The position numbers and the translations under genes are program-made. From Podarcis vaucheri (taxonomy: Eukaryota), in the NCBI GenBank assembly GCA_965113315.1, contig OZ220365.1: DNA of 64,000 nt, one strand, 5' to 3'. The notes beneath the pieces are model-generated. The model saw nothing but the letters and a program-made list of their open reading frames with translations. It searched no databases and was not told the DNA's origin. Shown here piece after piece: positions 48,942 to 62,178 of this stretch; within the stretch, counting starts at the first letter, position 1; the number at the start of each line of letters is the position of its first letter.

Positions 48942-51390
48942 TACCATTCTTGCACAAATCCTTTATTGCCCATTGTGACTCAGTGACAACTGGCTTCCAA
49001 AGGGTTACTTAAAATTTCATGGGAACGTATTCATACAGTGCAAACATATCCGATGCATTTCATTAGTTAATGAGAGTTGACTATATGCAGTGTGCAAATA
49101 AGTTAATTATAGTATCATGTCTTGAGAAATGTGATTTTATTCTCTGGTATAAATACAGATTAGCTGAACATCTATTTTAAGCAAAACAGGGACATGAGAA
49201 AATGTGCTTTTGTCACTTTGATCCCTTATAAGCCATAGAATGCAATACTAATTTGATTGGTTATCAGTGGGTGCCCCTAGGGCTGCAGGGGGGGGGGGAG
49301 ATGAATAAACTGCTTCTTTTCTACTGCTGTAAAAAACCAAAACCATCTACTTTATCAGTTATGGGGAAGGCAATACATAGTGGAAACTCTGGTTTTTATC
49401 TGTTTTGTAGGGAGAGTTGCCACCACCCATTGGATTTTCAAATCTCTCATCCAAACAATTCACATTGAACTACAGGTTGAGAGCAAATGGGGTGAGATTG
49501 GCTTCAGTGTCCCAATTCTTTAGCCGATATGGACAAGCCTACCGTACCACTTCATTATGTGTTTCCATGAGCTTCCCAAATACCCTGAACAATAAGTCCC
49601 GTTCAAATTGAGACTTGGTAATTTAGGAAGAGTACTGATAAATGAGAGGCATTTGCCTTGATCAGCCATGGTATCTTCTTGCATTTAAAAAGCAAGAACA
49701 AGAATAAAAGGCACCACAAATAGAAAATGGTGGCGATAACCATGATTATATGTGTCCTCTCTGGAATTGCTCATCTAACGCTTCAGTCCTAAAGCCATTA
49801 AAAGGAATTAAGCTTCATCATGTGGATTCAAGAGCTGATGGCTTTGCGTGAATGGTCATGCCTCATCTTGTCGTAGTTAGTACAACAGATAGTAAAGCTT
49901 CTTTGGGGGGATACTTCATATATCTATGTTGATTTTAATTCCATTCAGAGTCCCATGTTTTCTCCATCAGTTCAGGAAAAAAAATCAAATATTTGCAGGC
50001 AGGGAGAAAATGTTGAGTCATTAAATTAAGCACTAACCAATGAAGTAATAGATGGCAATTGTGAAGAAATAGGGTGTGTCTTTTTTTTGCAATTATTGTG
50101 GCCCTCTTGGAATGCAGAATTAAGAGCAAACCAATGTCTTTTGCTATACCACACCAGCTACATAACCGAGGACTCGAACCTAAGGAGAACATGTTAATCA
50201 CTACATCCCTTCAGTTACACCTCAACTTTACAGTTCTCTCACTGATGTGAGAATAAAGGCTTACCTTGAATGCCATCTTTGATAACTCCTGACTAGAGAC
50301 ACTCAACTAATCCCTCTCTTTACTATCAGATTCAAAATGAAGAAGGCTACACTAAAGGAGCGTTCTCTTCTTTTCATGCCTATTAAACAATAGTTGCAAC
50401 TAAGAACTGATTTGACAACATTTTCAAAATTTGAGGCTCTTCCTCCCCCCAACAGCAGTAACTGCAGTTCCCAACAAAATGATCCACGTAAAACAGACAG
50501 AATCGATGAAATTGACATTTTAAATACTTTGTAAACATAAACCAAATAGCAAAAAGAAAACAAAATCACAGGGTTATCTTCCAAGAGCTGGGTGGGAGAG
50601 GAATAGCTAATGTATTAAGATTCAGCAAAAGATATTGAACTTTCAGGGTTACCGGTACTCTACAGAGTCTTTGCACTTTAACCATTTCCTGCCCACAACC
50701 TCAACTGTTCAGGGACAGGCCAATCCTGAATAATAAAGAGTCAAATCCCATGAATCATGGAGCATAATTACAATAATATGCATAGGGCCCTTTAGCAGGG
50801 AGAAGGGTTCAGTAGCCAGATTCACTATGAATCTGTGTTCAGGGACTTTTCTCTGTGGGGTAGCATTCAAACCATTGATCTACCACCCACAGAATGGAGT
50901 GGTGATAAAAAGTTTAATCACTTCAGTCTGCTGATTATATGCATAAACTCCCTCCTATAAATCAGATGGGATGTATTAGTCTATTCCCAATCCATGCCAG
51001 TTCTGTATATGTTCACTTATCATTTCCATCCAACTTCATATTTAGGAACTTATTTAAATGTACATTTTATCTCAATGTATGCTTTTCTAAATGTATGTTA
51101 TCTTAAAATATGTACTTTATTGCACTTTCATACTTTTGTGGTGAGAATTGTATCACAGAATTCACCTCTGTCCCTATAAATCAGTGGTTGATGGAGTGAG
51201 AACAATGCACGAAGCTCTATGCTTTCACATCACAAAGAGAACAGTATCATTAAGTCAGCATAGCTTGAGATGTTTTGCATATACTACTGGGTTTCTATAG
51301 AGAAGTAGGCAAAGAGTTCTACACAGGTTATCTTGAAAATGTTTCAAAAAGGAGGTAGGAAGTAGATTTGCAACATTCATAAGGTTCAAT

Positions 51391-51844
51391 TTGTTGTTGT
51401 TTAGTCGTGTCCGACTCTTCGTGACCCCATGGACCAGAGCACGCCAGGCACGCCTGTCTTCCACTGCCTCCCGCAGTTTGGTCAAACTCATGCTGGTAGC
51501 TTCGAGAACACTGTCCAACCATCTCGTCCTCTGTCGTCCCCTTCTCCTTGTGCCCTCTTCTCATGAGGTGGCCAAAGTATTGGAGCCTCAGCTTCAGGAT
51601 CTGTCCCTCCAGTGAGCACTCAGGGCTGATTTCCTTAAGAATGGATAGGTTTGATCTTCTTGCAGTCCATGGGACTCTCAAGAGTCTCTTCCAGCACCAT
51701 AATTCAAAAGCATCAGTTCTTCAGCGATCAGCCTTTTTTATGGTCCAGCTCTCACTTCCATACATCACTACTGGGAAAACCATAGCTTCAACTATACGGA
51801 CCTTTGTTGGCAAGGTGATGTCTCTGCTTTTTAAGATGCTGTCT
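51391..51844 (-). mobile_element. BovB 3' fragment with a small internal deletion
   Basis: Encodes RVPWTARRSNLSILKEISPECSLEGQILKLRLQYFGHLMRR; (CAA)n tail; TSD ATAAGGTTCAAT (51379-51390, 51845-51856). Confidence 0.92.
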
Positions 51845-52503
51845 ATAAGGTTCAATATATAGTCCCAAATCCATTTCTGTTCTAGTAGCTTTGGAATTGT
51901 TATTAGCTGCCTTGCTCAATGGCCTTGAGTGATTAATGGTGGAGGAGTATATGCTTGAGTTTAGTTTAATTTGTGTTGGGATAGCATAATATACACCAAG
52001 TGACCTTCCGTCATGCAAATAAGCATATTGATTGATGCTGAAGAATATTAGGATTTGTTTTTAATTAAAAAAGGGGGCTTTCAAGATCAGAGCATACAAG
52101 CTAAAACTTGAGCAAGTATTACATTTTTTTTAGTATGCCTGAATAAAGTAACATCTTCAAAGCAATTTTCAAACATATTAAATGTTAGAGGCTACTTCTG
52201 TTGCCTTTCCTACAATTTAATCAGCAGCTATGGCCTTCAGAAGACAATAGGACAAAATGCAAGGGTATTGCATGAGTGTCATTCAGGTTAGCAAGCAAGG
52301 CTAAGAAATTGTTATGTATTTGTCAAAAGTCATCACTCACTAGGGTATGAAGCAATGAACATAAAGATGGTAATTTCATAGATTCTGAAAGATGTCTTAT
52401 CCTAGCCATCATCTTTCTTGTTTCCATCAAACCCAGGGAATACTATGCTCAAGGAAAGCCATAAGGCAATGTAAAAAAAAAATGGATTAATGATATAAAA
52501 CCA

Positions 52504-52663
52504 TTGTTGTTGTTTATTTGTTTAGTCGTGTCTGACTCTTTGTGACCCCATGGACCAGAGCACGCCAGGCACTCCTGTCGTCCACTGCCTCCTGCAGTTT
52601 GGTCAAACTCATGTTGGTAGCTTCGAGAACACTGTCCAACCATTTCGTCCTCTGATGTCCCCT
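52504..52663 (-). mobile_element. BovB 3' fragment
   Basis: Same 3' end as the 16428 and 51391 copies. Confidence 0.9.
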
Positions 52664-53001
52664 TATATAACCATGGATTAGCATAAATTTTATTTATCCC
52701 TTCATAATAAGGCATTGCAAGGGAAATATGTTTCTGCAATAGGATATGATCTGTTTTTAATCAAATGTCTTTTTGACCCAAAATATGTCATATAAAACCA
52801 ATTTCTGAAATATACTTCCTGTAAATATTTCCCTGTAAATTTCAGCAGATGTATCAGTGGCAATAGAGAAACGTTTGCCAGTCTCAGGGTAGGTCTCTTT
52901 TAAAAATGCCCACATTGTAGACATAAATGTTGCAAATAAAACCAACTGAAGTAAATGGAAATTGTACTTGCAGCTGTACCCCAGACAAATATATATATAT
53001 A

Positions 53002-53607
53002 CCGTATTTTTCGCCCCATAGGACACACTTTTCCCCCTCCAAAAATGAAGGGGAAATGTGTGTGCGTCCTATGGGGTGAATGCAGGCTTTCGCTGAGGCC
53101 TGGAGAGTGAGAGGGGTCGGTGCGCACCGACCCCTCTTGCTCTCCAGGCTTCAGGAACCTATCCGCAAGCCTTGGGAGCTCCGCAGGAGCTCCCGTCGGG
53201 CTCCCAAGGCTTGCGGATAGTAGCCTGCATCTCGAAGCCTGGGGCGCGCTTCTCCCCGCCGCCAGCCCTACAAGCTCGGGGGACAGCGGCGAGGCGGCGT
53301 TCCGCACTTCTCCCTGCCGCTTCTCCCCGCCGCCAGCCTCCAAACCAGGTCGGGGGACAGTGGGAAGGCGCGCTCCCCGCCGCCAGCCCCAGAAGCTCGG
53401 GGGACAGGAGGGAGGCGGGGTGCCGCCTCCCGCTGTTCCCCGACCTGGTTTGTGCTTCAGGCAGATATCCGCAAGCCGTGGGAGCCCGGCGGGAAGTCGC
53501 GCCGGTCTCCCAAGGCTTGCGGAGAGCTGCCTGTTCTGGGGGCTGGGGTCGGGGGAAGCTCGGGCTTCCCCTGCCCCAGCCCTGCACCTATGGGGCGAAA
53601 AATACGG
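53002..53607. mobile_element. GC/CpG-rich Tc1/mariner-type non-autonomous transposon
   Basis: Perfect 21-bp TIRs CCGTATTTTTCGCCCCATAGG (53002-53022, 53587-53607), inserted in a (TA)n run; internal palindromes and ctccccgccgccagcc repeats. Confidence 0.9.
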
Positions 53608-53628
53608 TGTGTGTGTACATATATATAT

Positions 53629-53633
<5 letters not shown>

Positions 53634-53663
<30 letters not shown>
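53634..53663. repeat. (CA)n microsatellite
   Basis: Direct reading. Confidence 0.95.
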
Positions 53664-53665
<2 letters not shown>

Positions 53666-55849
53666 ATATTTTGGGGAATAGTTTGAATGGCTGCTTACTT
53701 GATATTTCCCTTAGCATATAACCTCTTTATTGAATTTCATTGTGATAAAATTTATTGTAAAATGCCAGTTATAAGTTGTGGGTGTACTCTTTGCTGGGTG
53801 TACTCCACTAAGCCTGCTGATGGTGGGTTTCCTAATTATGTCTCCACTGGGACAGGTATGAAATTTTTGTGTCCTGTTTTGGTGCTCTGGCTATGTTTTT
53901 AATAAGTGCATTGTCATGTTTGCTGGAAATCCTTTTTTAGTTGCTTTGCTAATGGCCACCATATTTTTGTGGTGGCCACAGTGGTTCTCCCCCCCTCTAA
54001 GATGCCCTGGAAAAATGCTGTGCCATCATCATTTAGGGGTTAAGAACATGGCAAAAATAAGAAGAACCTTTACCTACTGCTAAATGTTAGGGGCAAATGT
54101 TGCTACACATATTGGCAAACATCAGAAGCACATCACCTCTGTTCAGAGGCATGAATGCCCCCAACCAAGGGACTGAAATGAATAATGTGTGCATCTAAGT
54201 GTATGTGATTTAGGTACCCAGGAGGACGGTGTCAAAATCAAGCTTCATGGTTAGAGCACATGTCCTGCATGCTGACATTCTGAAGCTTAGTGCTCAGAAT
54301 CTCCAGTTTTAAAAGATCTCAGCAAGCTGAACTGAGGGTCGTGCATGGGATCTCATTAGCAGCACCTTGGGAAATCAGTGCCAATTAGACTAGATAGTAC
54401 TGAGCTTGTTGGATCAATGGTCTGGCTGTGTATAAGGCAGTTTCACCTAGACACATCTTGACTTGTGTATATATATTGCAGGGTGGTACAGATAACACAT
54501 TTGTTTATTCAGTATCAAACTGGGTATTAACTGGGTTCACTGGGAACCCAAGGAAGTAAAAGCTAGCATGCTGAAAGATGGCAAATCTTGCAGTATGTAC
54601 ATATTATTACATATTGCCTTTTTATGCTCTTAAGAGTATTGTTTTATACTATTACATTAAACGTACTGGGGATTAATAATCTTTTGCAGCATGTATTATG
54701 GATAATATACTTCTAGTACAAGGTTTTAATTATGCTGTTTTAGAAAAATATTGTGCACCCAAATTGGATTTAGTTTGCTAATCCTATTAATAAATATTTG
54801 AGCAGCTTTGGCTTTGTTGTCCACCTCCTTGATTACCTTGCTGCTGCTGCTTCTGCCTTTGTGCTTTCTACTGATATTGAAATTCCTTATTCTCATTTAG
54901 AAGGCTCACATGAATGTGATACATTTTTTTCTTCTGGTGACTGCAGTTACATTCTCTGTTCAAGATGAGCATGTGAGCCTGTTAACACTGATAAGCTATC
55001 ACAGATTGCTTATCAAGCCGACCAAAAGCAAGCTGGAAAATGATAATCTATCAGATGTTTGTTATAACTTCAGTTGACTGTATGACCGAATAGTGGTGAA
55101 TTCAAATGACCAGCTGGAGTGATAGTTAACACTTGGTATGCTTATTATGTTCCAGCAAGATTACCTGAGTGGATTACAAATCTAAGAACTGCCTTACAAG
55201 ATCAGACAGTTGTCTATCTCTTCCAGAATTCATGCAGTCAGCCAAATGCCTCTGTGAAGTTCAAAAATGCATGTTACATGTTCCAGAATATTTTAATATT
55301 CATAGGATATTGAAGATGAATCAGTTTATTTCTGGTTCATATCATTTCTGCTCATAGATTTGCTGCAGGAGTGGGGAACTGGATACAGCCAGATTCCTAA
55401 ATTCCCATTTGGGCAAAGTTTGACAGAGCTCTGCAAAACTCTATAGTCCATTGAGAGGTCTATTGGAGGCCTGTGGAAAGGCAAGGCAAGTGTAAATGGC
55501 AAAGTTTTAAAAAATGTACAAGCAAGAATACACATCACTTAGTTACCACCTCATTGTTTTAATATAAGAAAGAACAAGACATGGACCCCCGCTCCTCCAC
55601 AAAAGGGATTATTGAGGAAAGTGAATACCTTTTACTTTCCTTTCACAAAAAAAGCCCCTGGACCTATTCATCTGCAATTTGCCAGGCTTAATCCGGTTCT
55701 GGAGTGGCTTCTCCGCCTGTAAATGTCATCCACTTTGACCAAAGGAGAATTTTTTTATAGCCATTTACACTTCATTTTATGCAGAGTGGCTTGGAATCTA
55801 AATTATAGCTCAAAGTGAACCTGCACAGAGCAGCTCAGAAATAAATGCA

Positions 55850-56095
55850 AATTTTAAGAAACAGATATAACACGAATCTTGAGGCCTCTAATGTCTTGTG
55901 TAAATTAAATAGCACCGGTCCCAATATCAGTCCCTGCAGGACTTCTTTCTTTGTTTGTTTTCGTTCTATTGTGAGAACTAGCCATATTTCTTTTTCTCCC
56001 CCCCCCCAGCGGCTAACCTATCCATAAGAGACCTTTAATCCAATGACAGCAAAATTTTATTTAGAATCTTTGGTGAGGGACAGTTTTGAAAGCTC
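55850..56095 (-). mobile_element. Old CR1 RT fragment
   Basis: Minus strand gives AF.TVPHQR and VLQGLILGPVLFN, like CR1 AFDKVPH and VPQGSVLGPVLFN. Confidence 0.6.
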
Positions 56096-56144
56096 AACCA
56101 TGATATTCTCCTGACGCAGCTCTGTGGGTTGGAAGTTGGAGGCA

Positions 56145-56520
56145 CCGTATTACAGTGGTTCTACTTCAACCTGCAGGACTATTACCAATGATCAGCACTG
56201 GGGCAAGAGCTGCTTTCACCTTGGTGGTTGTACTGTGGGGTCCTGCAGAGTTCCATCTTGTCCCTCTGCTTTTTAGCATCTGTCTATATGAATCCACCGG
56301 GAGAGGTAATCTAAGGGTTTGAAGCAAGGTGCCACCCATTTTTGGAGGATACCCAGCTTTAGTTCCCCATACCATCTGAATTATCTGAGGCTGTGCAAGT
56401 GTTTGTCCAGTGCTTGGATGCAGTAATGGGCTAGAAGATGGCCAGTAAACTCAGCTTGAATCCTGACAAGTTGGAAGCACTGTGGCTGGAAGGTCTGGGA
56501 AGTGGGAAGATGACGTGTTC
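56145..56520 (+). mobile_element. Old L2 RT fragment
   Basis: cagtgcttggatgcagtaatgggc..aaactcagcttgaatcctgacaag reads QCLDAVMG..KLSLNPDK. Confidence 0.65.
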
Positions 56521-56852
56521 TAGGTGGAACCCAACATAAATTCAAGACCCTAATCTATATGAAATGGTGCTATATAGTGAGATGCTAATATTTACCTACC
56601 CTCAGTGGTTATTTCCAAAATAAAACCCCAAAACCTTCTGCTAGCTGTTTATCATTCCTAGTGGTAAATCTAGAGGTGCAGGAGCTTATCATGACAACCC
56701 CATAGTTATCTCCCACAGAGATCAAAGAAAAAGAACCAGATGGTGGAATTATGCCGGTCTTGTGAAAAGCAGCCGAAAGCTGCTCCCTTCCAGTATCTGC
56801 CACTTGAGGCAACTTTTTCAGTCCACCTAATGTCTGCCTAATGTCCGCCTAA

Positions 56853-56924
56853 TGCCTGGTGTGCTCTGGTCCATGGGGTCATGAAGAGTCGGACACGACT
56901 AAATGATTAAACAACAACAACAAC
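56853..56924 (+). mobile_element. Very short BovB 3' end
   Basis: gcctggtgtgctctggtccatggggtcatgaagagtcggacacgact..(CAA)n. Confidence 0.88.
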
Positions 56925-57479
56925 GTCAGGTGAGCCCTAATCACACTACTGTCAGTCATTGGACTGCCAATTTAACAGAATGAAGAAGCGAAGCAAGCAA
57001 GACCTGCCAGGGGAAAAGCCTGGCTAAAGAGAGAGGGCCCTTTGGGAGAGGAACTGTTTGGGGAGCACTCCAGTTGATGACATACAGTAATAGTAACACT
57101 TTCTGAACGTGGAAATCTCTCTCTCCTTTTCCAGTGCTATTACATTCCTGATCATTCATCTCTGTTTCTCTTTAGTATGCCTCTTGACCTTTTCCCCTCT
57201 ATTAATAATGATCAGCATACCTAATATTGATAAATGATATAGCTTCACATATATTGGTTTATTTTCTTTTAACCTTCATATATCCTTTCCTTAACTGTGT
57301 TTTAAAGTCTACCACTTTTAACCTTTTAGGGCAGAGAATGGTCTAATATTCATCATGATATTGTGCTTTGGTGTATGTCTGTGTTGTGCGTTATAGACAG
57401 ATAGAATGACACAGATATATTACTCATCAATTAAGATATTGTTGTAATTATTTTAAAGCCATCTAACCAATCTGGAAAT

Positions 57480-58432
57480 TATTTATTTATGCTCTCATTC
57501 ATTACTATTTATAGGTCACTTTCCTACTAAGAGACTGTCATTGTAACTTAAAAGCAAATAAGGGCAACAACCACATTATTAAAATGTCAAATAAAAATAT
57601 ATAAACTTAAGAGTGTTAGGAAAATGGCAACAAATATAGCAGTATAATAAAGAGCCAGGACAACAAAAAGTCACTTGAGACCAAAGGTGTGGTGGCATAA
57701 AATGGTCCTTACAGCCCAAGACAATGTCTGTGTTGTAGGGGTTGTATAAACTTCCAGAAAAAGGAATTACATAGCCTGGGCTCCACCACTGAAAAGGCCC
57801 CGTCCCAAGTCACCACCAACCACATCCCAGGTTGTTTACCTCAGCTGACAAAGTAGGTTCATACAGGAGAGTGTGGTTATTTTGATTAAAGGTACAGTGG
57901 TACCTCGGGTTAAGTACTTCATTCGTTCCGGAGGTCCGTTCTTAACCTGAAACTGTTCTTAACCTGAAGCATCACTTTAGCTAATTTGGCCTCTTGCTGC
58001 CGACGCGCCACCGGAGCACGATTTCTGTTCTTATTCTGAAGCAAAGTTCGAGGTACCACTGTAATCCAAACAGACCTATAAGCAAAGCTCTTTTTTCCCT
58101 TCTAACAGCACAATTTCTGTTCTTATTCTGAAGCAAGGTTCTTAACCTGAAGCACTATTTCTGGGTTAGCGGAGTCTGTAACCTGAAGTGTATGTAACCC
58201 GAGGTACCACTGTATAGGGCTTTAAAACCTAATGGACAACACTTTGAATGCTGCCTGAAAATGAACTAGGAGCCACTGCAGGTTAAATAATAATGCAGTA
58301 ACGTGCTTCTTATAAAGCACACCCAGAAGTTGACTGGTGAGATGGCATTCTGCACCAGCTGTAGTTTCTGAGCACTTTTCAGAGATGACTCCATGGAAAG
58401 CATGTTACACTAGTGCAACCTGGATGTGACCG
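57480..58432 (-). mobile_element. Old L2 fragment interrupted by a MITE
   Basis: ccaccactgaaaaggccc, gcattctgcaccagctg and acctggatgtgacc are L2 motifs on either side of the MITE. Confidence 0.5.
57895..58212. mobile_element. Tigger-like MITE with a duplicated right end
   Basis: TA-flanked TIRs CAGTGGTACCTCGGG / CCCGAGGTACCACTG, plus an extra internal CGAGGTACCACTG-TA at 58049-58063. Confidence 0.88.
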
Positions 58433-58450
58433 AGGATGCAAAAGGAACTA

Positions 58451-58615
58451 CTGTATTTTTCCAACTATAAGACACCCCATGTATAAGATGCCCCCTATTT
58501 TTGTGAACTCAGATTTAAGAAAATGGGGGAGATGTACCTGTGTATAAGACGCCCCCTATTTTTTGACATTATTTTTAAGGGGGGGGGACCTAGTCTTATA
58601 CACGGAAAAATACGG
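58451..58615. mobile_element. Tc1/mariner-type MITE, same family as 38643 in opposite orientation
   Basis: CTGTATTTTTCC / GGAAAAATACGG ends; TATAAGAC motifs. Confidence 0.8.
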
Positions 58616-58694
58616 TTTATCTCATGTCACCAGAAAAGAGTTAGCACTCCCAGAGCCTGATCCTTCAGGGATAGGATCTTTTAAGGCATATAAA

Positions 58695-58926
58695 GAGCCA
58701 GTGTGGTGTAGTGGTTAAGAGGGGTGAACTCGTAATCTGGTGACCTGGGTTCGCTTCTAGGTGACCTTGGGCCAGTCACACTTCTCTAAAGTCTCTCAGC
58801 CTCACCTCACAGAGTGTTTGTTGTGGGGGAGGAAGGGAAAGGAGATTGTGAGCCGCTTTGAGACTCCTTAAGGGGGATGAAGGCGGGATATCAAGTCCAA
58901 ACTCCTCCTCCTCTTCTTCTTCTTCT
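58695..58926 (+). mobile_element. Squam3-like tRNA SINE
   Basis: gagccagtgtggtgtagtggttaagag head, gtgaccttgggccagtcac core, gagccgctttgagactcc..ggcgggata 3' part, (TCC/TCT)n tail. Confidence 0.85.
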
Positions 58927-61900
58927 AATTCTAATGCTACAAATATGAATAGATTACTCCACAATTGAGCTTGCAGATTTCTCTCTTCCAGCCACTCCAA
59001 TAAGTGAATGTCCAATTAATTAACAGTTATCTTCAAATCACATGGAAAATGTGTGTGATGCATGAGTTTTTGGGTCATGATACAGAAATACCCAAAGGAT
59101 TGCAAACAAGATGAACTTAGGTGGTCCTACTAGGCTATTTTGGAAAACTGGAAGGGATGCTAAGGGAACTGCTAACTTCTAAATGTGCCAATTCCTTGTG
59201 AAATAAGAATCTGAGCCCACTTACACAGCTAGAAGTGTTTGCAAGGTGGTTCTAAATTTTAATAGGTGTAATTCATAATATATATTTCAACTACATTTAA
59301 TATGAAGAATTTAATTTCACTCTTCCATCTAGCTCTGAAGCTTTAAATTTCCTATGCAGCCACTACATCTTCATTAGGAGTAGAATTTAGATTCATACTG
59401 TTCCCTGGATCCCAACTTCACTACCATATGAACATTGACTTGGAATTTATTAACAGACAGAATCTTCATTACCCTTAAGTTAAGTTTTCTAGCTAGTATT
59501 AAAATGGAAACATATGCATCCTTTTTTCTTTAGCCAAGCTTGGCTAATCAGCAATGCCTATCTAATTTTTTAGAATCAGAAGGGCAGATTGAACTGTTAA
59601 TAAATTTGTTGGAAGGTAGGTAGGTGAGTGAAACTTAGCCATGCAAAAACCTCTTTGAAATATGTAACTATAATACATATATTTTCTAGGAATGTAAACT
59701 GAAGAATGGGATGCCCAAGCAAAACCAAAAAGAACATCAGGAAGCTGGTTCATAATGCCATCTCTTAACTTAAGATCATTTGGATTTAAAGTTGTGAAAG
59801 ATAATCCTAGATTTCTCACTTGACTCTATTACATGTTGGGCAACAGTGTGCATATCCACGAGTGTGCCTCTTCCCCTGCTGAATTTGAACCAAATAAGAA
59901 CACAATCAATAAAAGTGAGGAAAATTCAGTTGTAAAAAGTGGGTTCAGAACTTTGAAAGAATTGTTCACGGTCATTTGAACCTATTAATATTTCTCTGTG
60001 AACATAGTTTTCAGCCTTTGCAGACTGTATATCAGGGTGAACAGAGGTGTACAGAGCAAAGAGACTTGTGAACACATTTATGGCATTAGCTTTTATGAAC
60101 TATAGTTTGTTTAATCAGATGCAGATACATGTATTGGCAGATTGAGTGGGGGGATTGTAAAAAGTGACCTCACTAATATAATAAACCGAAAGAACATCTT
60201 TTGTGAGTGAAGAACTGGTATTTCCAATATAAACCAAACCATCAGATTCCATAAGATCAAAATACTGCTGTGATTTTCCTAGACTTCAACCTGTATAGCA
60301 AGGGGGCATTAAAAATTCTAATTGCTTTGGAAAGTGGAAGTTGTCAATCTATAACACTCAGTACCACTAGTCAGCCCTGGGCACATCAGTACCCTAATTA
60401 CATAAAGTCTGGCTCTTCACCAATGTTTTAACACTTGATTTATTTCCTGTTTGAGTTTGTTCAATAGAGCCAGAGTTAATTGGTTTTCCAAATGAGTGCT
60501 AAAATATAAAGATCCAGCTTCATTAAGTGGAGGCTGTACTTAATATGCACCACTGAGTTGTAAGTCCATGTAAAGGTTACTGGGGTGAGATTTCCGGGCT
60601 TTCTCTAACAAACCACAGTCTTGCACTAGTCTGCTTTGCTTACAAATAACAGATAAAACGTTAACTTCTCATTGCTGGTGCGTTTTCCCTTCACCTCTTT
60701 TCTCTCTCTCAAGATGAACTAAAAATATTTAGTGCAATTAATTTCTGGGTATGTACGCTGTTCATTCTCAATTACATGAGCACCTGGTTGTAACATTCTG
60801 CAAACTAAAATCTTCCCATTCTAGAGATGTGTTCTGGGTGTAGAAACTCCAATATATTCCAAGAACTGGCACACCTCCCTTCAACATTCCTCAGAAAATA
60901 GGGACATTCTATTCTACGTCCATGGAATGTCCCTATAAGCTCTCCCATTTAGGGGAACATCTAGCCCTACTAAATATACATAGCCATTCCGTTTCCACCG
61001 TTTCCAAACTATATCAAAGATCTAAGTTACTTCTTTGTTTGATAAGGAAACAGCCATTTACTATCTATAGAAGAAAATGCTCTTTAAGAATTGCAATTAT
61101 TGGAGTGTGTTGCTTTATAGAGAGAGTGGGCTCTTTCACAGTACAGTAAAGGACATTAGTTTGCCTGGGGCCACTGTGTAATATACTTAGTTCAATGGTT
61201 AATCAGCCTTGTGCACTTGTCTAATGAATGACTCATAATGCATGACTCTGCCAGGCTTTTCCTTTTGTGTAATTTAAACCGCATTATGGGATGATGATAA
61301 CCCAGGATATTTACTTCCAACCTTGAAATGACTGAGGGGTGCTGCATGCATTTGACTCTGGCATGTCAAATATGCTTTATCAAGTTTTTGTCACAGTTAT
61401 TAGTCTAGCAACCGTGAAGCATTCCTCTTGGACATGCACCCGTTGGTGTGGTACAATGAAAAGATTTATCAGCTGCGTTGGTTTAAGTATCAATAAAATA
61501 CTCACTTTGGGCTTTATTATTGATTAACAAATGACTTACCCAAAGCCTGGCCATATTGTGAAGGTCACCTGAAATTACATTGGAAAAGCATATTTTAGAA
61601 ACGTGTCAGCATGTTTCACCTTGCCAGAGTCTTGTTAAAGTTCTTCTGTCACATCATGCCCCATTTTGGGCAAACCATATGACAGAGTGCATACTTGGGC
61701 AGCAAACTAATTGTGGTAACATATCTCATTAAGAATGCTGGGTTCAGCACGCAGGGGCTTTTCGTCAACTGCAACTACCTTTAATGAGAAGCAGCACAGC
61801 ACAAGCCACATTACTAGCCTGACAATTTGTTCTAGTGATTTATTATGCCTGGGCTGCTGTTGCCGACATGAAAAGACTGCAGAACATTTGTCTGATGTTA

Positions 61901-62129
61901 GTGCATGTTGACTTCCCAACTCCATCAAGGCAGCAATAAGAATAAACTGCACAACATGCTTGGTATTTACTCAGCGTGTTTTCTTTGAAAACAAACAGCA
62001 GCATCAGGTGAGGTGCTATTCTTTCTGAAACTATGTGAAAGTAACACAAAGAACATAGGGCAGAACCACCAATATGGAGACCAGTAGGGAGGAGGAGGGG
62101 GGTGATAAAATAGGTATTGAGAGGATCTG

Positions 62130-62178
62130 CTTCTTTCTTTCTTTCTTTCTCTTTCTTTCTTTCTTTCTTTCTTTCTTT
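62130..62178. repeat. (CTTT)n microsatellite
   Basis: Direct reading. Confidence 0.92.

Noticed and set aside
52900-53721. Overlapping 142-255 aa ORFs on both strands
   Set aside because: By-product of a GC-rich MITE and a CA microsatellite; no domain-like content.
58695-58760. tRNA genes (here and at 40416, 42190 and the Sauria SINE heads)
   Set aside because: They are SINE heads continuing into SINE bodies; no complete cloverleaf.
61999-62007. Microexon before cag|gtgagg
   Set aside because: Good donor but no adequate pyrimidine tract next to the acceptor.
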